DNA of 45,493 nucleotides from Geomonas sp. (GTDB taxonomy: Bacteria; Desulfobacterota; Desulfuromonadia; Geobacterales; Geobacteraceae): the NCBI RefSeq assembly GCF_035254065.1, contig NZ_DATFBA010000167.1, forward strand, positions 1 to 45,493, read 5' to 3'. Below the pieces are notes generated by a model. The model made no database searches. It was not told where the DNA came from and saw only the letters and a program-made list of their open reading frames with translations. Shown here in pieces: positions 17,890-28,085 of this stretch. The stretch's first letter is position 1; each line of letters opens with the position of its first letter. The position numbers and the translations under genes were made by a program.

Positions 17890-18494
17890 TTTTTCCCTTC
17901 CTTTCCTGTCCAAAGCACCCCAGGGGCACTCGCCCGCATCTCCTCCACCGGCAGCTTGAGCAACCGTTTCACCAGGGCGCGTCCCTCGGCCGGATAGAAG
18001 ACGACCTTGCGCGGCCAGCATCCCCCCAGGTCGGAGGCCGTGACTGGGATCCGCTGCCGGGCGAGCTGTTCGGTCGCGAAGACGGCGTTCTTTTCCCCGA
18101 TGTCCGACATGCCGGCCATCACCCTGCCCCCCCCGAACAGCTTGGCCTTCAGCCTCACCCTGACCGCCCCCAACTCCTCCAGCTGCTGCAGCAGCCGACG
18201 AATCGCACAGCTGCCGTAACGGGTGCAGTTCGAGGTGCTGCAATCGCCGGTGCATTTTCCGGCCTTCATACCCTGCTGCAGTTCCGGCAGCATGAAGTGG
18301 TTCATGCCGCCGATGCCGCTGCCGGGATCGAACAGGCAGACCGCGACGCAGGAGCCCAGCACGGTGGCGATGGCGGTGCCGTCGGCGGTGGCGAAGAATT
18401 CCCCCGGCAGCAACTTCACCGAGACCTCGGTTATCTCCCGGTCCAGGCTGCGCTCCTTTTTGGCCGCGCTTTGCTTGTTGAGCATGGCGCTCAC
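17886..18494 (-). CDS. cheD: Chemoreceptor glutamine deamidase (start 18494 or 18485)
   Basis: LLPGEF, TVLGSCVAVCL, GGMNHFMLP, LKAKLFGG, IGEKN, SDLGG. Confidence 0.93.
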   Translation of the reverse strand: MSAMLNKQSAAKKERSLDREITEVSVKLLPGEFFATADGTAIATVLGSCVAVCLFDPGSGIGGMNHFMLPELQQGMKAGKCTGDCSTSNCTRYGSCAIRRLLQQLEELGAVRVRLKAKLFGGGRVMAGMSDIGEKNAVFATEQLARQRIPVTASDLGGCWPRKVVFYPAEGRALVKRLLKLPVEEMRASAPGVLWTGKEGKK

Positions 18495-19354
18495 TTCCTC
18501 AGGGTGTAAGCCGTGTTGCCGCAGCTTTTGAAGAGCGTCTGGCTGCCGTGCAGGCTCTCGGAATGCCCCACGAAGAGCAGCCCCTCCGGCTTGAGGCGGG
18601 AGGCCAGCCGCTGTAGGATCCCGTGCTGGGTCTCCCGGTCGAAATAGATCATCACGTTGCGGCAGAAGATGTAGTCGAAGCGCTCCGGTATCGGCCAGGA
18701 CTCGCTCTGCAGGTTGACCCGCTCGAAGCTCACCAGCCGCTTGAGTTCGTCCTTCACCCTCCCCAGTCCCTCCTGGCGCCCGGCTCCCTTCAGGAAGAAC
18801 CGTCGGAGAAGCCCCGCCGGCACCTTCTGCAACTGGTCCAGCGGGTACACCCCCTGGCGGGCGCGCGCCAGCACGGTGGTGTCGATGTCGGTGGCCAGGA
18901 TGCGCAGGGGAGTCTCCTCACCCAGCGCCTGCCGTGCCGCCATCGCGATGGAGTAGGGCTCCTGCCCGGTGGAGCAGCCGCAGCTCCAGATGGTCACCGC
19001 TCGCCCCGCTGGCTGGCGGGCCAGGCGCTCTCCCAGAAGCTTGAAGTGGTGCGGCTCCCGAAAGAAGGAGGTCAGGTTGGTGGTGAGCGCGTTGATGAAG
19101 GCTTCCAGCTCCGGCTCGCCGGCTGCTTCCACCAGCTTCAGGTACTCGGTGAAGCTGGAAAGTCCCAGCGCCCGCAACCGGCGCGCCAGGCGGCTGTACA
19201 CCATGTCCTTTTTGTGGGGCGCGAGGGCTATCCCCGCCTTCCGGTAGATGAGCCCCCTGACCCGGGCGAACTCGGTGTCGCTGAAGGAAAAGCCTTGCCC
19301 GGGACTCCCGTCCCCGGTGTATGTCTGCGCTTCCCGGCTTAGAATTCTTTCCAC
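18491..19354 (-). CDS. cheR: Chemotaxis methyltransferase (start uncertain)
   Basis: [49 protein letters not shown]. Confidence 0.95.
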   Translation of the reverse strand: MERILSREAQTYTGDGSPGQGFSFSDTEFARVRGLIYRKAGIALAPHKKDMVYSRLARRLRALGLSSFTEYLKLVEAAGEPELEAFINALTTNLTSFFREPHHFKLLGERLARQPAGRAVTIWSCGCSTGQEPYSIAMAARQALGEETPLRILATDIDTTVLARARQGVYPLDQLQKVPAGLLRRFFLKGAGRQEGLGRVKDELKRLVSFERVNLQSESWPIPERFDYIFCRNVMIYFDRETQHGILQRLASRLKPEGLLFVGHSESLHGSQTLFKSCGNTAYTLRK

Positions 19355-21105
19355 TCGTCGAGGTCCAAGTCCACTGCCGCGGCGCTGCGGGTCACGGGAC
19401 TAGCCGAGGCACCGTCGGCCACCGACGGCCTCGTTGCCGCCTTGCGGGGCGCTATCACGCTTTGGGTGAGCTTGCGTTTTTCGGCGCTCCGCCGTGGCGC
19501 CTGCTGCGGCCGGGAGCCCTGCTGGGGCTGTGCGGCCGCCTGCTCAAGGCGGAAACGGGCCACCACCTCGACGAGCTGCTGGGCCTGCTCTTCCAGCGAC
19601 TCGGCGGCGGCCGCCGCCTCTTCCACCAGCGCCGCGTTCTGCTGGGTGACGTCGTCCATCTGGGTAATGGCGTTGTTGACCTGCTCGATGCCGGTGGACT
19701 GCTCCACGGAAGCGGCCGAGATCTCCGCCATGATGTCGGTGACCTGCCTGATGCTGGTCACGATCTCCTCGGTGGTGCGTCCGGCCTCCTCCACCAGCCG
19801 ACTGCCGTCCTGCACCTTGCCGACCGAGTCCTCGATGAGAGACTTGATCTCCTTGGCCGCCGCGGCGCTCCGCTGAGCGAGGCTTCTCACCTCGGAGGCG
19901 ACCACTGCGAAGCCTCTACCCTGCTCGCCGGCCCGGGCCGCCTCCACCGCCGCGTTGAGGGCGAGGATGTTGGTCTGGAAGGCGATGCCGTCGATGACGC
20001 CGATGATGTCGGAGATCTTGCGGGAGCTGTCGGTGATCGACTCCATGGTCCGCACCACCCGGCCGATCACCTCGCCCCCCCGGACCGCCACGCCGCTCGC
20101 CTTGATGGCCAGCTGGTTGGCGGCCTGCGCGTTGTCGGCATTCTGGCGGACCGTCGAGGTGAGCTCTTCCATGCTGGAGGCGGTCTCCTGCAGGGCGGTC
20201 GCCTGCTCCTCGGTCCGCTGCGAGAGGTCGGCGTTGCCCGCCGCGATCTGCTCGGTGGCGGTGGCGATCGATTCCGCCCCGTTTCTCACCTCCCCCACGA
20301 TGCGGGCGAGCCCGTCATTCATCTCCTTGAGGGAGCCCAGCAGTTCACCGGTCTCGTCGGCGCTCGCCACCTCCAGTTGGGCGGTGAGGTCGCCGGAGGC
20401 GATGCGCTGAGAGGCGCCGATCGCCTGGTCGAGGGCCAGCTTGATCTTCCTCGCCACCAGCCAGGCGAAGGCGAAGATGACCAGCGACAGCAGGATGGTG
20501 CCGCCGATCACCTGCCACTTCATCTTGTTCATCTCGCTTTGCACGTCGTCCACGTAGATGCCGCTGCCGACCACCCAGCCCCACTCCTTCATCAGCTTCA
20601 CGTAGGAGATCTTGGGTACCGGTTGATTGGAGCCGGGCTTGGCCCACTGGTACGCTACTTCCCCTTCACCCTTCTCCTTGCAGACGTTGACGCACTCTAC
20701 GAAGATCCGCTTGCCGGCCGGGTCCTTGGTCTCAGACTGCGACTTGCCGACCATTTCCGGCTTCATCGGATGCATCAGCATCTTCGCGTCCAGGTCGTTG
20801 ATCCAGAAGTACTCGCTGCCGTGGTACCTGAGGTCGCGGAGCTCTTCCAAGGCGCTCTTCTGCGCCTGCTCCACGGTCAGCTTGCCGTCTTTCACGTCGG
20901 AGAGCCTGTCCTGCAGGATGGAGTAGGCCACCTCCACCACCCCCCTGGTGGCCGCGATCTTCTCCCCCATCAGCTGCTTTTCCATGTAGGGGAGCACGTA
21001 GAACAGGACCCCCAGCACGATCAGTGTCACCGTGGTGATGGAGATGCTGAGTATCTTGGTGAGGATCTTCCAGTCTTTGAAGCCAGTGATTTTCATCGTT
21101 TGCAC
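19339..21105 (-). CDS. Methyl-accepting chemotaxis protein: single Cache sensor, HAMP, C-terminal pentapeptide EWKEF
   Basis: YFWINDL...[54 protein letters not shown]. Confidence 0.95.
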   Translation of the reverse strand: MQTMKITGFKDWKILTKILSISITTVTLIVLGVLFYVLPYMEKQLMGEKIAATRGVVEVAYSILQDRLSDVKDGKLTVEQAQKSALEELRDLRYHGSEYFWINDLDAKMLMHPMKPEMVGKSQSETKDPAGKRIFVECVNVCKEKGEGEVAYQWAKPGSNQPVPKISYVKLMKEWGWVVGSGIYVDDVQSEMNKMKWQVIGGTILLSLVIFAFAWLVARKIKLALDQAIGASQRIASGDLTAQLEVASADETGELLGSLKEMNDGLARIVGEVRNGAESIATATEQIAAGNADLSQRTEEQATALQETASSMEELTSTVRQNADNAQAANQLAIKASGVAVRGGEVIGRVVRTMESITDSSRKISDIIGVIDGIAFQTNILALNAAVEAARAGEQGRGFAVVASEVRSLAQRSAAAAKEIKSLIEDSVGKVQDGSRLVEEAGRTTEEIVTSIRQVTDIMAEISAASVEQSTGIEQVNNAITQMDDVTQQNAALVEEAAAAAESLEEQAQQLVEVVARFRLEQAAAQPQQGSRPQQAPRRSAEKRKLTQSVIAPRKAATRPSVADGASASPVTRSAAAVDLDLDEWKEF

Positions 21106-21124
21106 CTTTCTCTCGTAATGTCCG

Positions 21125-21613
21125 TCAGTGGCGGGTGGCGTCGGCTGCCTGCAGGTCGTCGCCCCCCACCAGTTTCTCCATGTCGATCAGGATCAGCATC
21201 TCCTCGTTGACCGTCGCGATGCCGGCCAGGTAGCAGGTATCGACCGCTCCCCCGAGTTCCGGCGCCGGCTGCACGCCATCGTCCGACAGCGCGACCACGT
21301 CCGAGACGCTGTCCACCACCACGCCGATCACCTTCCCCAACAGGTTCAGCACGATCACCACGGTGAATTCGTGGTAGGTCGCCTCGCCCACCCCCAGCTT
21401 CAGGCGCAGGTCCAGGATCGGGACGATCACCCCCCGCAGGTTGATCACCCCCTTCACGTGCTCGGGGGCGTGGGCGATGCGGGTCACGGCGTCGTATCCC
21501 CTGATCTCCTGCACCATCAGGATGTCTATGGCGTAGCTTTCGCTCCCCAGCCTGAAGGTCAGGTACTGGCAGGCGGCAGCGGTTTCCGTCTTGCTTGTGG
21601 CTTGGGCTTCCAT
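21125..21613 (-). CDS. cheW: Chemotaxis coupling protein
   Basis: [39 protein letters not shown]. Confidence 0.95.
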   Translation of the reverse strand: MEAQATSKTETAAACQYLTFRLGSESYAIDILMVQEIRGYDAVTRIAHAPEHVKGVINLRGVIVPILDLRLKLGVGEATYHEFTVVIVLNLLGKVIGVVVDSVSDVVALSDDGVQPAPELGGAVDTCYLAGIATVNEEMLILIDMEKLVGGDDLQAADATRH

Positions 21614-21634
21614 CTTTATCTATCTCCGTTTGCT

Positions 21635-23731
21635 TCAGTTGCCTCTTTTGTGCATCACTAACAGCTCGGCCGCCTCCAGGATCAGGGCCACCCGCCCGTC
21701 CCCCAGGATGGTCGCGCCGGCGCTCCCCTCCACCTTCCTGAAGTTGGCCTCCAGGCTCTTCACCACCACCTGCTGCTCGTCCAAAAGCACGTCCGCCAGC
21801 AGCGCGACCCGCTCTTCCTCCACCTCGACCAGCACCAGGATCCCCCGCTGCGGGAGGGGTTGAGCCCCCTCTACCTCCAGGAGACGATGCAGCCGGAGGA
21901 TGGGGAGGTACTCTCCCCGCACCTGGACCATTTCCCTGCCGTTCAGGCTCTTCAACTGCTCCGGTTTGGGCTGCAGCGACTCGACGATCACGTTAAGCGG
22001 CACGATGAACCTCTCCGCGCCCACCGCGACCGAAAGTCCTTCCACGATGGCCAGGGTGAGCGGCAGGCTGATGGAGACCCTGGTCCCGCGCCCCGCCCGG
22101 CTGGCAATCTGCACCCTCCCTCCCAGGGCCTGGACATTCTTCAGCACCACGTCCATCCCCACCCCGCGGCCGGAGAGGTCGGTGACCGACTCGGCGGTCG
22201 AGAAGCCCGGCATGAAGATGAGCTGCCAGACCTCCTCATCCCTCATATCGTCGCTGCAGGAGATGCCGCGCTCGACGGCCTTGGCCATGATGCGGTCACG
22301 GTCGAGTCCGGCGCCGTCATCGATCACCTCAATGACCACCCTTCCCCCCTGCTGGGAGGCGGCCAGTTCCAGGGTGCCTGAGGCAGGCTTGCCGCTGGCT
22401 AGCCGCTTCTCCGCCGTTTCCAGCCCGTGGTCCAGCGCGTTTCTCACCAGGTGCGAGAGCGGGTCTGCCACCTTCTCGATTAGCCCCTTGTCCAGTTCGG
22501 TGCTGTCTCCGCTGCTTTTGAACTGGACGCTTTTGCCGAGCTTCGCCGCTATCTCCCGTACCATGCGGGGGAAGCGGTTGAACACGATGCCGATCGGGAC
22601 CAGCCGGATCGACATCACGCTTCCCTGCAGGTCGCGAGTGTTCTTCTCCAACAAGGCGACGCAGCGTTGCAGCGGTTCGTGCAGGACCGGGTCGAGGCAG
22701 GCGGAAAACTGGGTCAGCATGGCCTGGGTGATCAGCAACTCCCCAACCTGGTTAACCAACTGGTCGACCTTGGCGAGGTTGACCCGGATCGACCCCTCGC
22801 TCTCCCCCGAACGGGGAGCCGGTGCCGCGCTGACGGTTTGCGCTGTCGCGGCGGCTGAAGCGGCAGGCGTCGTCGCTTCGGGGGCAGGGGAGTGCAGCTC
22901 CCCGGTAGCAGAGATGTCCGGGGCGTCCTGCGGCGCTGCCGCTATGCTGATAGGAGCTTTGTGGACCGGTAACGCAGCGTCGCCGAGCCTCTCGATGGCG
23001 AGCTGGTCGGGGTCGGCGGCGAACATGAAGACGTCGTAGAAATCGTCGCGGCTAGCGGAAGATACCAGGGTGAAATGCCAGCGGGTGATGCAGCTCTCCG
23101 CCTGGAATCTCTCCAATTCCGGCAGCTCCACCAGCTCCGCGCGGCATTCGAACTCACCGCTCTCCGCCAACTCGGCGAGCTCCCGAATCAGGCAATCGAC
23201 TCTGATCCCTCTGGAGAAGATGTCCGGGGGCGGCGTGAAGATGATGCGGTAACGGGAGAGCGGGGATTCCGCCGGGAGCGCAGCGGGAAGGTAGGAGGGT
23301 AACGTCTCTTCGGCAAAGGTGAAGCCGTCCTGCTCGATGGCCTGCTGCAGTCTCTTCCGCACCAGCTCGGCTGCTTCCGGACTGGCCGCCGTCCCTGCGC
23401 GGTGTGACGCGACCTGCATCGAGATTACGTCGCCCGCTTCAAGCAGCAGGTCGGTCAGGGAGGGGAAGAACGGGATCTCCCGGTTCCGAAGCCGGTCCAG
23501 CAAGGATTCCATGACGTGGGTAACGACCGTCATGTCGTCAAAGCCGAAGATGCCGGCGCCACCCTTGATGGAATGGGCGGCGCGGAAGATGGCATTGAGC
23601 TCCTCCTGATCCGGCTCCCTGTCCCGCAGTCCCACCAGGATCTCTTCCACCTGGGCAAGGTGTTCGGCGCACTCCTCGAAAAAGACCTGGTCAAAACGTC
23701 TGAGGTCGATGCTGTTTCCCGCCGGCGTCAT
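21635..23731 (-). CDS. cheA: Chemotaxis histidine kinase
   Basis: IFRAAHSIKG (HPt), HLVRNALDHG, DDGAG, FMPGFST, SGRGVGMDVV, GATILGDG. Confidence 0.97.
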   Translation of the reverse strand: MTPAGNSIDLRRFDQVFFEECAEHLAQVEEILVGLRDREPDQEELNAIFRAAHSIKGGAGIFGFDDMTVVTHVMESLLDRLRNREIPFFPSLTDLLLEAGDVISMQVASHRAGTAASPEAAELVRKRLQQAIEQDGFTFAEETLPSYLPAALPAESPLSRYRIIFTPPPDIFSRGIRVDCLIRELAELAESGEFECRAELVELPELERFQAESCITRWHFTLVSSASRDDFYDVFMFAADPDQLAIERLGDAALPVHKAPISIAAAPQDAPDISATGELHSPAPEATTPAASAAATAQTVSAAPAPRSGESEGSIRVNLAKVDQLVNQVGELLITQAMLTQFSACLDPVLHEPLQRCVALLEKNTRDLQGSVMSIRLVPIGIVFNRFPRMVREIAAKLGKSVQFKSSGDSTELDKGLIEKVADPLSHLVRNALDHGLETAEKRLASGKPASGTLELAASQQGGRVVIEVIDDGAGLDRDRIMAKAVERGISCSDDMRDEEVWQLIFMPGFSTAESVTDLSGRGVGMDVVLKNVQALGGRVQIASRAGRGTRVSISLPLTLAIVEGLSVAVGAERFIVPLNVIVESLQPKPEQLKSLNGREMVQVRGEYLPILRLHRLLEVEGAQPLPQRGILVLVEVEEERVALLADVLLDEQQVVVKSLEANFRKVEGSAGATILGDGRVALILEAAELLVMHKRGN

Positions 23732-24066
23732 CGCGCTTCATCTCCTGTCGGTTCCCCACCGGCGAGGACGTCGTCATAACCAAGGAGCACGAGTTTTTCC
23801 CTCAGCTCCCCGGGCATATCCTGGAGGCGGGGAGTGACGCCCTGGCGTCCCAGGCCCATCAGGAAAAGGGCCAGTAACTGGCAGCCGCAGGCGTCGATGT
23901 CTGTCATCCTCGCCAGATCCAGTTCGACCTGGCATTCCGGTTGCGGGCTTTGGAGAAGTTGCGCGAGTGCATCCGCCAGCTGCTTTCTATGGCGATCGAC
24001 GTTTTCCAGCACCCAGTCCCCCTCCAGAAGGAAGCGGTGGCTGGTGCTCCCTGTAGCTGCTGGCAT
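23728..24066 (-). CDS. STAS-domain protein, first gene of che operon
   Basis: LEGDW, VELDLARMTDIDACGCQLL; 4-nt overlap with cheA. Confidence 0.8.
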   Translation of the reverse strand: MPAATGSTSHRFLLEGDWVLENVDRHRKQLADALAQLLQSPQPECQVELDLARMTDIDACGCQLLALFLMGLGRQGVTPRLQDMPGELREKLVLLGYDDVLAGGEPTGDEAR

Positions 24067-24121
24067 CTCTTTTCCTTTTCGGCGGGCACTTGCCTGCCTC
24101 GTCCAATATAAGCTAAACCCT

Positions 24122-24148
24122 TCATCGGAAAGGAGAGTCGGGACTTTA
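24122..24148 (-). promoter_or_regulatory. sigma28 (FliA)-type promoter of che operon
   Basis: Minus strand TAAA-15nt-TCCGATGA versus consensus TAAA-N15-GCCGATAA. Confidence 0.65.
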
Positions 24149-24313
24149 GTGATATTATTTCCCGCTGAGGAATAATGAATTTACCGACAAAAGCAGGGAG
24201 GGTGGCTGTGAAGGAACCGGCAAGGTTTTAGCGACATGCTTGGATGGAGAGACCCGGATCCCCCGGGCCAGATCGAACTTGGTAGGGTCGAATGATGGCG
24301 TGCCGTCTGTGAG

Positions 24314-25882
24314 CTACTGGTTGTACTCCTTCCACTGCATCCCGGTACGGGTGTTGAACTTGGTTGTGCTCTCGGCGTCCCTCACGATCGCGGTGAAAGC
24401 GGAGTCGTCCTCCCAGACGATGGCATCCGGCATGAGGATCCTGGTCAGCACGCTCCGCTCGTTGACGGTGCGGGTGCCGAGGGTGGCGGTTCTCCCCCTG
24501 GACCCTTTTTCGAAAAAGGTGACCGTGAAGGTCGCGCTGGCCGGTTCTCCGTTCTCAGCCTCTACCATGAAGAGGTAGATCCCTTCCCGCGCGGTCTCGA
24601 TGACGGCCTCCCGCTTTCCTTCGCCCGTCTGGGCGATGAGGGGTACGACCTTTTCCTGGCGGCGGGCCTCCCCCCGGCTCTGCGCCTTGTTGCGCCGCGC
24701 CTTGGGATACTCCCTGAAGCTCACCGAGAGCTTGACGTTGCCGGCGCCGACCATGACCAGCTTCAGATCGCCGTGCAGGGAGGGAAGGGAGGTGCCCCTC
24801 GCTTCGGGGTAAGGAGCACTGCTGACGGGCGGGGCGGTTGTGCGGTGGTGAACGACATACTCCTGTGCGTTTGGACGCGGCACTGCCTGCTGAGGCATAG
24901 GAGCAGGCGTGCTGCTGGACACCGACGCCGCTTCCGTCTGCGAGGAGGCTGCCGTTTTCCGGAGAGTGGTTTCTGCCGCTTTGTGCGTGGACTTTTGCTG
25001 CGCCACGGAAGCGGGACGGGGTGCCGGCTGAGAAACCGGCGCAGTGGTATGGTTTTGGGCGATCGGACGGTGCTGCGTCGACGGGGTTGAGGACGAGGGG
25101 GTGGCGGCCGGTGGAACAGGAATGGCCACAGGCGGCTGCGGGACACCGATGGTCGGATTGGCTGCGTTCGCCGCCTTGCTGGGGATGGCTGCTGCGCCTT
25201 GGCTGGAAGCGGAGGTAATCTGAATGGCCTGCTGGACGTCTGCCGTCCCCGCTATCACTTTTGGTTGGATTTCGGTGATTTCGAACCGGCTCGGGCTTTC
25301 TGCGGCTGGCAGGGGCGTGATGGCCGCCGCCGGTCGTGAGGGTGCCGCGCCGGCCCGCTCCGTTGGTGGGAGGGGCTGGCTCGCTGTCGGAATCGGCTTG
25401 CCTGGCGGACCCGGCTTGGCTGGCGTAAGCGGTCTGCCTATCTGAACCTGCTTGCCTATCTGAACCGGCCTGTCTGTCCGAGCCGTCCTGGCGGTCGGAA
25501 GCGGCTTGGCTGGCGAAACCGGCATCGCTGGCGAGGATCCGGCAGCGGCGACAGCCTCCAACAGTAGCGCGTCATCTGGGGTGGATTCATCGGTCGGGGA
25601 GGGGGCGGCCTCGTCTTCATCGGCAGGCGCGGTTTCCGGACTCTGCTGTTGCCCCGCCGCCCGTGAAGCTGCCGGCCTGAAAGTCGGGGTAGGCGCCGAG
25701 GCGAGAGTCGGCGGCATGGAAATCCAAAATAGGTCGAAGCGCAGTTGGGGCCCGATGGCGAAAGGAAGTGGCGGCAACGAGGTCAAGACAAACCACAGCA
25801 GGAAATGTAGCAGCAAGGAGCAGCACAGCGCTATCCCGATGCGCGAACGGTTGCTGTCGATGTGGTAACTGCTGATTTCCAT
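24314..25882 (-). CDS. Hypothetical TonB/TolA-like protein: N-terminal TM with SxxxH, Pro/Ala-rich linker, C-terminal globular domain
   Basis: IALCCSLLLHFLLW; about 300 aa low-complexity P/A/S/T/Q region; beta-rich C-terminal ~155 aa. Confidence 0.7.
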   Translation of the reverse strand: MEISSYHIDSNRSRIGIALCCSLLLHFLLWFVLTSLPPLPFAIGPQLRFDLFWISMPPTLASAPTPTFRPAASRAAGQQQSPETAPADEDEAAPSPTDESTPDDALLLEAVAAAGSSPAMPVSPAKPLPTARTARTDRPVQIGKQVQIGRPLTPAKPGPPGKPIPTASQPLPPTERAGAAPSRPAAAITPLPAAESPSRFEITEIQPKVIAGTADVQQAIQITSASSQGAAAIPSKAANAANPTIGVPQPPVAIPVPPAATPSSSTPSTQHRPIAQNHTTAPVSQPAPRPASVAQQKSTHKAAETTLRKTAASSQTEAASVSSSTPAPMPQQAVPRPNAQEYVVHHRTTAPPVSSAPYPEARGTSLPSLHGDLKLVMVGAGNVKLSVSFREYPKARRNKAQSRGEARRQEKVVPLIAQTGEGKREAVIETAREGIYLFMVEAENGEPASATFTVTFFEKGSRGRTATLGTRTVNERSVLTRILMPDAIVWEDDSAFTAIVRDAESTTKFNTRTGMQWKEYNQ

Positions 25883-25907
25883 TCTTCACCGCCTGCCCAT
25901 GGGGTGG

Positions 25908-27497
25908 TCAAAGCTCCCGCTGTGTCGGAGCCGGTTCGGTTTCTGTCCGGTAACTGGCCGGTCGCACCAAACGATACTTCCTGATCAGCTCCTGGTTCTG
26001 CAAAACGTCCTTCACGAATATGGAGGCCACGTTGTCCGAGTAGATCAGCGGCCACTCCTTGCTCTTGAGGAGGAACCGTGCGAAGTCGGAGTCGGTATCG
26101 AAGATGATCCAGGTGACCCGGTATTTGTCGAGGATCTTCTCCCATCCCGGCTGAAACTTGATGACCTGGTAGTACTCCTTCATGAAGGTGGAGCCGTACA
26201 TGTCGGATCTGCCGTCGAAGAAGACCTTGTAGGTAGGATAGGTGCGATAAATCAGGTAGTCGCCGATCTCGTCATTGTCGAACATGTTGCCGCTGATCTT
26301 TTCTTTCAGGAGGAATTCGGCGGCGCGGACCGCCTTGGTCTTCTCATCAAAGCCATGCCGGACCATCCCGGAGCAGGTGGCGGCCACGACCAGGCAGAGC
26401 GCCATCATCGGCCACAGGTGCCCCCTGGCGCGGGCATCGATCCCCATTATGTTCTCGGACCGCTTGCGGAAGAAGGCGGCCATTCTCCCTTCCCTCAGCT
26501 CCCCGAGCTCCCCCGCCTGGCGGGTCATGATCGGGGCCGTCACCAGCGCGAAAAGCGCGATGTACCTGGCGGAGTAGAGCGCCATGTTGGTGAAGAGAAG
26601 GACCAGCACCAGTTCCGTCACCTCCATGCGTCGCCGCCCCATGGCAAAAAGGGCGATCAGCAGCAAAAGCAGGTACTTGAAGGGGGCGAACTGGTGGAAG
26701 TCGACCGACATGAACTCCGAGATGTGGTCCATGATGTAGGTGTCGCCCACCAGCCTGAACGGGAAGAGCAGTATCCGATACCCTTGCGGGTTCAGCAGGC
26801 AGGCGGCCAGCGAGACCGCGGTGGTGAATACCAGTTGGCCTACTTTTCCCCACTGTACGCGCCGCTCGGCACCCTTTGCCCACCACGTTTTGACCAAGGT
26901 TCCGACCAGATAGGCGCCCAGCAGCAGGAATCCGCCCAGGTAGCCTCCGTGCAGGTTGACCCACAACAGCATCAGCGGAGGAAGCAGCGCCAGGCGGGTG
27001 CCCTGCTCCCGCCGCCAGTATTCCAGCAGGTCGTGGTAGACCACCATGAACAGGAAGGAAAAGACGTGCGGCCTTGCCAGCCAATGGACCTTGAAGGCAG
27101 CCAAGGCGGATATCGTGATCAGGATGGTGAGCAGGATGTCGGCCCGGTAGCTCCTCTGGAGCCTGAACAAAAGGGCGATGGTCAGCGCCAGGAGCGCCGC
27201 GAAGAAGGCGTCCACCCCGGTCAGCCCGAACCGGCTGTGGATGGCCGCCATGAGCACCTCCGAGAGCCATTCGTGGGCGGTCCAAGGGATGGGCGGAGTG
27301 TGGTAGGAGAAGAGGTCGAAGGTGGGGACGGAGCGGGTCCTCAGGATGTACTCACCGGCCCTGATGTGGTACCCGGTGTCGCCGTCTCCCAGCAGCCTGG
27401 AGGTGTTGGTGAAGAAGAGCAGCAGGAACACGGTCGTGAAGAGGAGGTCAGCCAGCGAGGGGGTGAGGGTCACTTTGCGGGTTGGCTTCGTTGTCAT
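25908..27497 (-). CDS. GT-C fold membrane glycosyltransferase-like protein (STT3/AglB-like architecture)
   Basis: GDGDTGYHIR after TM1, WTAHEWLSE, ARPH, WVNLHGG, many TMs, C-terminal soluble domain with VFFDGRSDMYG and ILDKYRVTWII. Confidence 0.7.
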   Translation of the reverse strand: MTTKPTRKVTLTPSLADLLFTTVFLLLFFTNTSRLLGDGDTGYHIRAGEYILRTRSVPTFDLFSYHTPPIPWTAHEWLSEVLMAAIHSRFGLTGVDAFFAALLALTIALLFRLQRSYRADILLTILITISALAAFKVHWLARPHVFSFLFMVVYHDLLEYWRREQGTRLALLPPLMLLWVNLHGGYLGGFLLLGAYLVGTLVKTWWAKGAERRVQWGKVGQLVFTTAVSLAACLLNPQGYRILLFPFRLVGDTYIMDHISEFMSVDFHQFAPFKYLLLLLIALFAMGRRRMEVTELVLVLLFTNMALYSARYIALFALVTAPIMTRQAGELGELREGRMAAFFRKRSENIMGIDARARGHLWPMMALCLVVAATCSGMVRHGFDEKTKAVRAAEFLLKEKISGNMFDNDEIGDYLIYRTYPTYKVFFDGRSDMYGSTFMKEYYQVIKFQPGWEKILDKYRVTWIIFDTDSDFARFLLKSKEWPLIYSDNVASIFVKDVLQNQELIRKYRLVRPASYRTETEPAPTQREL

Positions 27498-27577
27498 GGC
27501 TCACCAGGGAACGTTCACACCGGGAAGCGGCAGAGGGAGCCGTCGGCCCGGCGGATGGCAGCATTGCAAGGTGGTCC

Positions 27578-27919
27578 TCAGCCGAGGAGGATCTGGTCCC
27601 CGGTTACCGTCCCCGATTGCGAGACGGCTCCGGCGGGAAGCTCGATGACCTTTTTGCAGGAGAACAGCAGCGCGCTGATGCGGTTTGGCTGGAGATGCTC
27701 ACCGGTCCTGATGACCCGGTTCTCGCCGTTTAGAAAGAGCACGTCGATGGGAAACCTCATGAAGAAGGTGTGCACCCCGTTGCAGGGGGTGATCAGCAGC
27801 CCTTCCCCCGCCGACAGCCCCTGCCTCCCGAGCAGCCCCCTGCTTCTGGAAAGAAAGGTGGCCGCCACGAAGAGCTGGGTGGCCAGCGGTCGGCCCGATC
27901 TCCCATTGATCGCCTTCAT
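27578..27919 (-). CDS. DUF192-family protein
   Basis: ATFLSRSRGLLGR, GLLITPCNGVHTFFMRFPIDVLFL, VIELPAG, GDQI. Confidence 0.88.
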   Translation of the reverse strand: MKAINGRSGRPLATQLFVAATFLSRSRGLLGRQGLSAGEGLLITPCNGVHTFFMRFPIDVLFLNGENRVIRTGEHLQPNRISALLFSCKKVIELPAGAVSQSGTVTGDQILLG

Positions 27920-27960
27920 CTCATGAGTCCCTCAAGGTGATTGATGATCGGGTCCTGGGT

Positions 27961-27995
27961 GATCCTTGCCGGCCGTTCTGCTGCCGGCAAGGATC
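27961..27995. other. 13-bp perfect-stem hairpin downstream of small peptide gene
   Basis: GATCCTTGCCGGC-9nt-GCCGGCAAGGATC, no U tract. Confidence 0.7.
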
Positions 27996-28001
27996 GTGCG
28001 G

Positions 28002-28085
28002 TTACTTCTTCCCCTGCCTCACGTAGCTCAGTGCCAGCTGCACCGAAATGACCAGCAGAATGAACGTGTTGAAGTCGATTTTCAT
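28002..28085 (-). CDS. 27-aa single-TM peptide not in ORF track (MKIDFNTFILLVISVQLALSYVRQGKK)
   Basis: AAGGAGGTGAT RBS before ATG 28085, TAA at 28004-28002; hydrophobic core and basic C-terminus. Confidence 0.65.
   Translation of the reverse strand: MKIDFNTFILLVISVQLALSYVRQGKK

Noticed and set aside
17507-17929. N-terminal extension of cheB in ORF track (329 aa) as a possible novel domain
   Set aside because: It is an alternative frame of the REC gene; the real start is the ATG at 17506
17890-18255. N-terminal extension of the REC ORF (250 aa)
   Set aside because: Overlaps cheD out of frame; real start is ATG 17889
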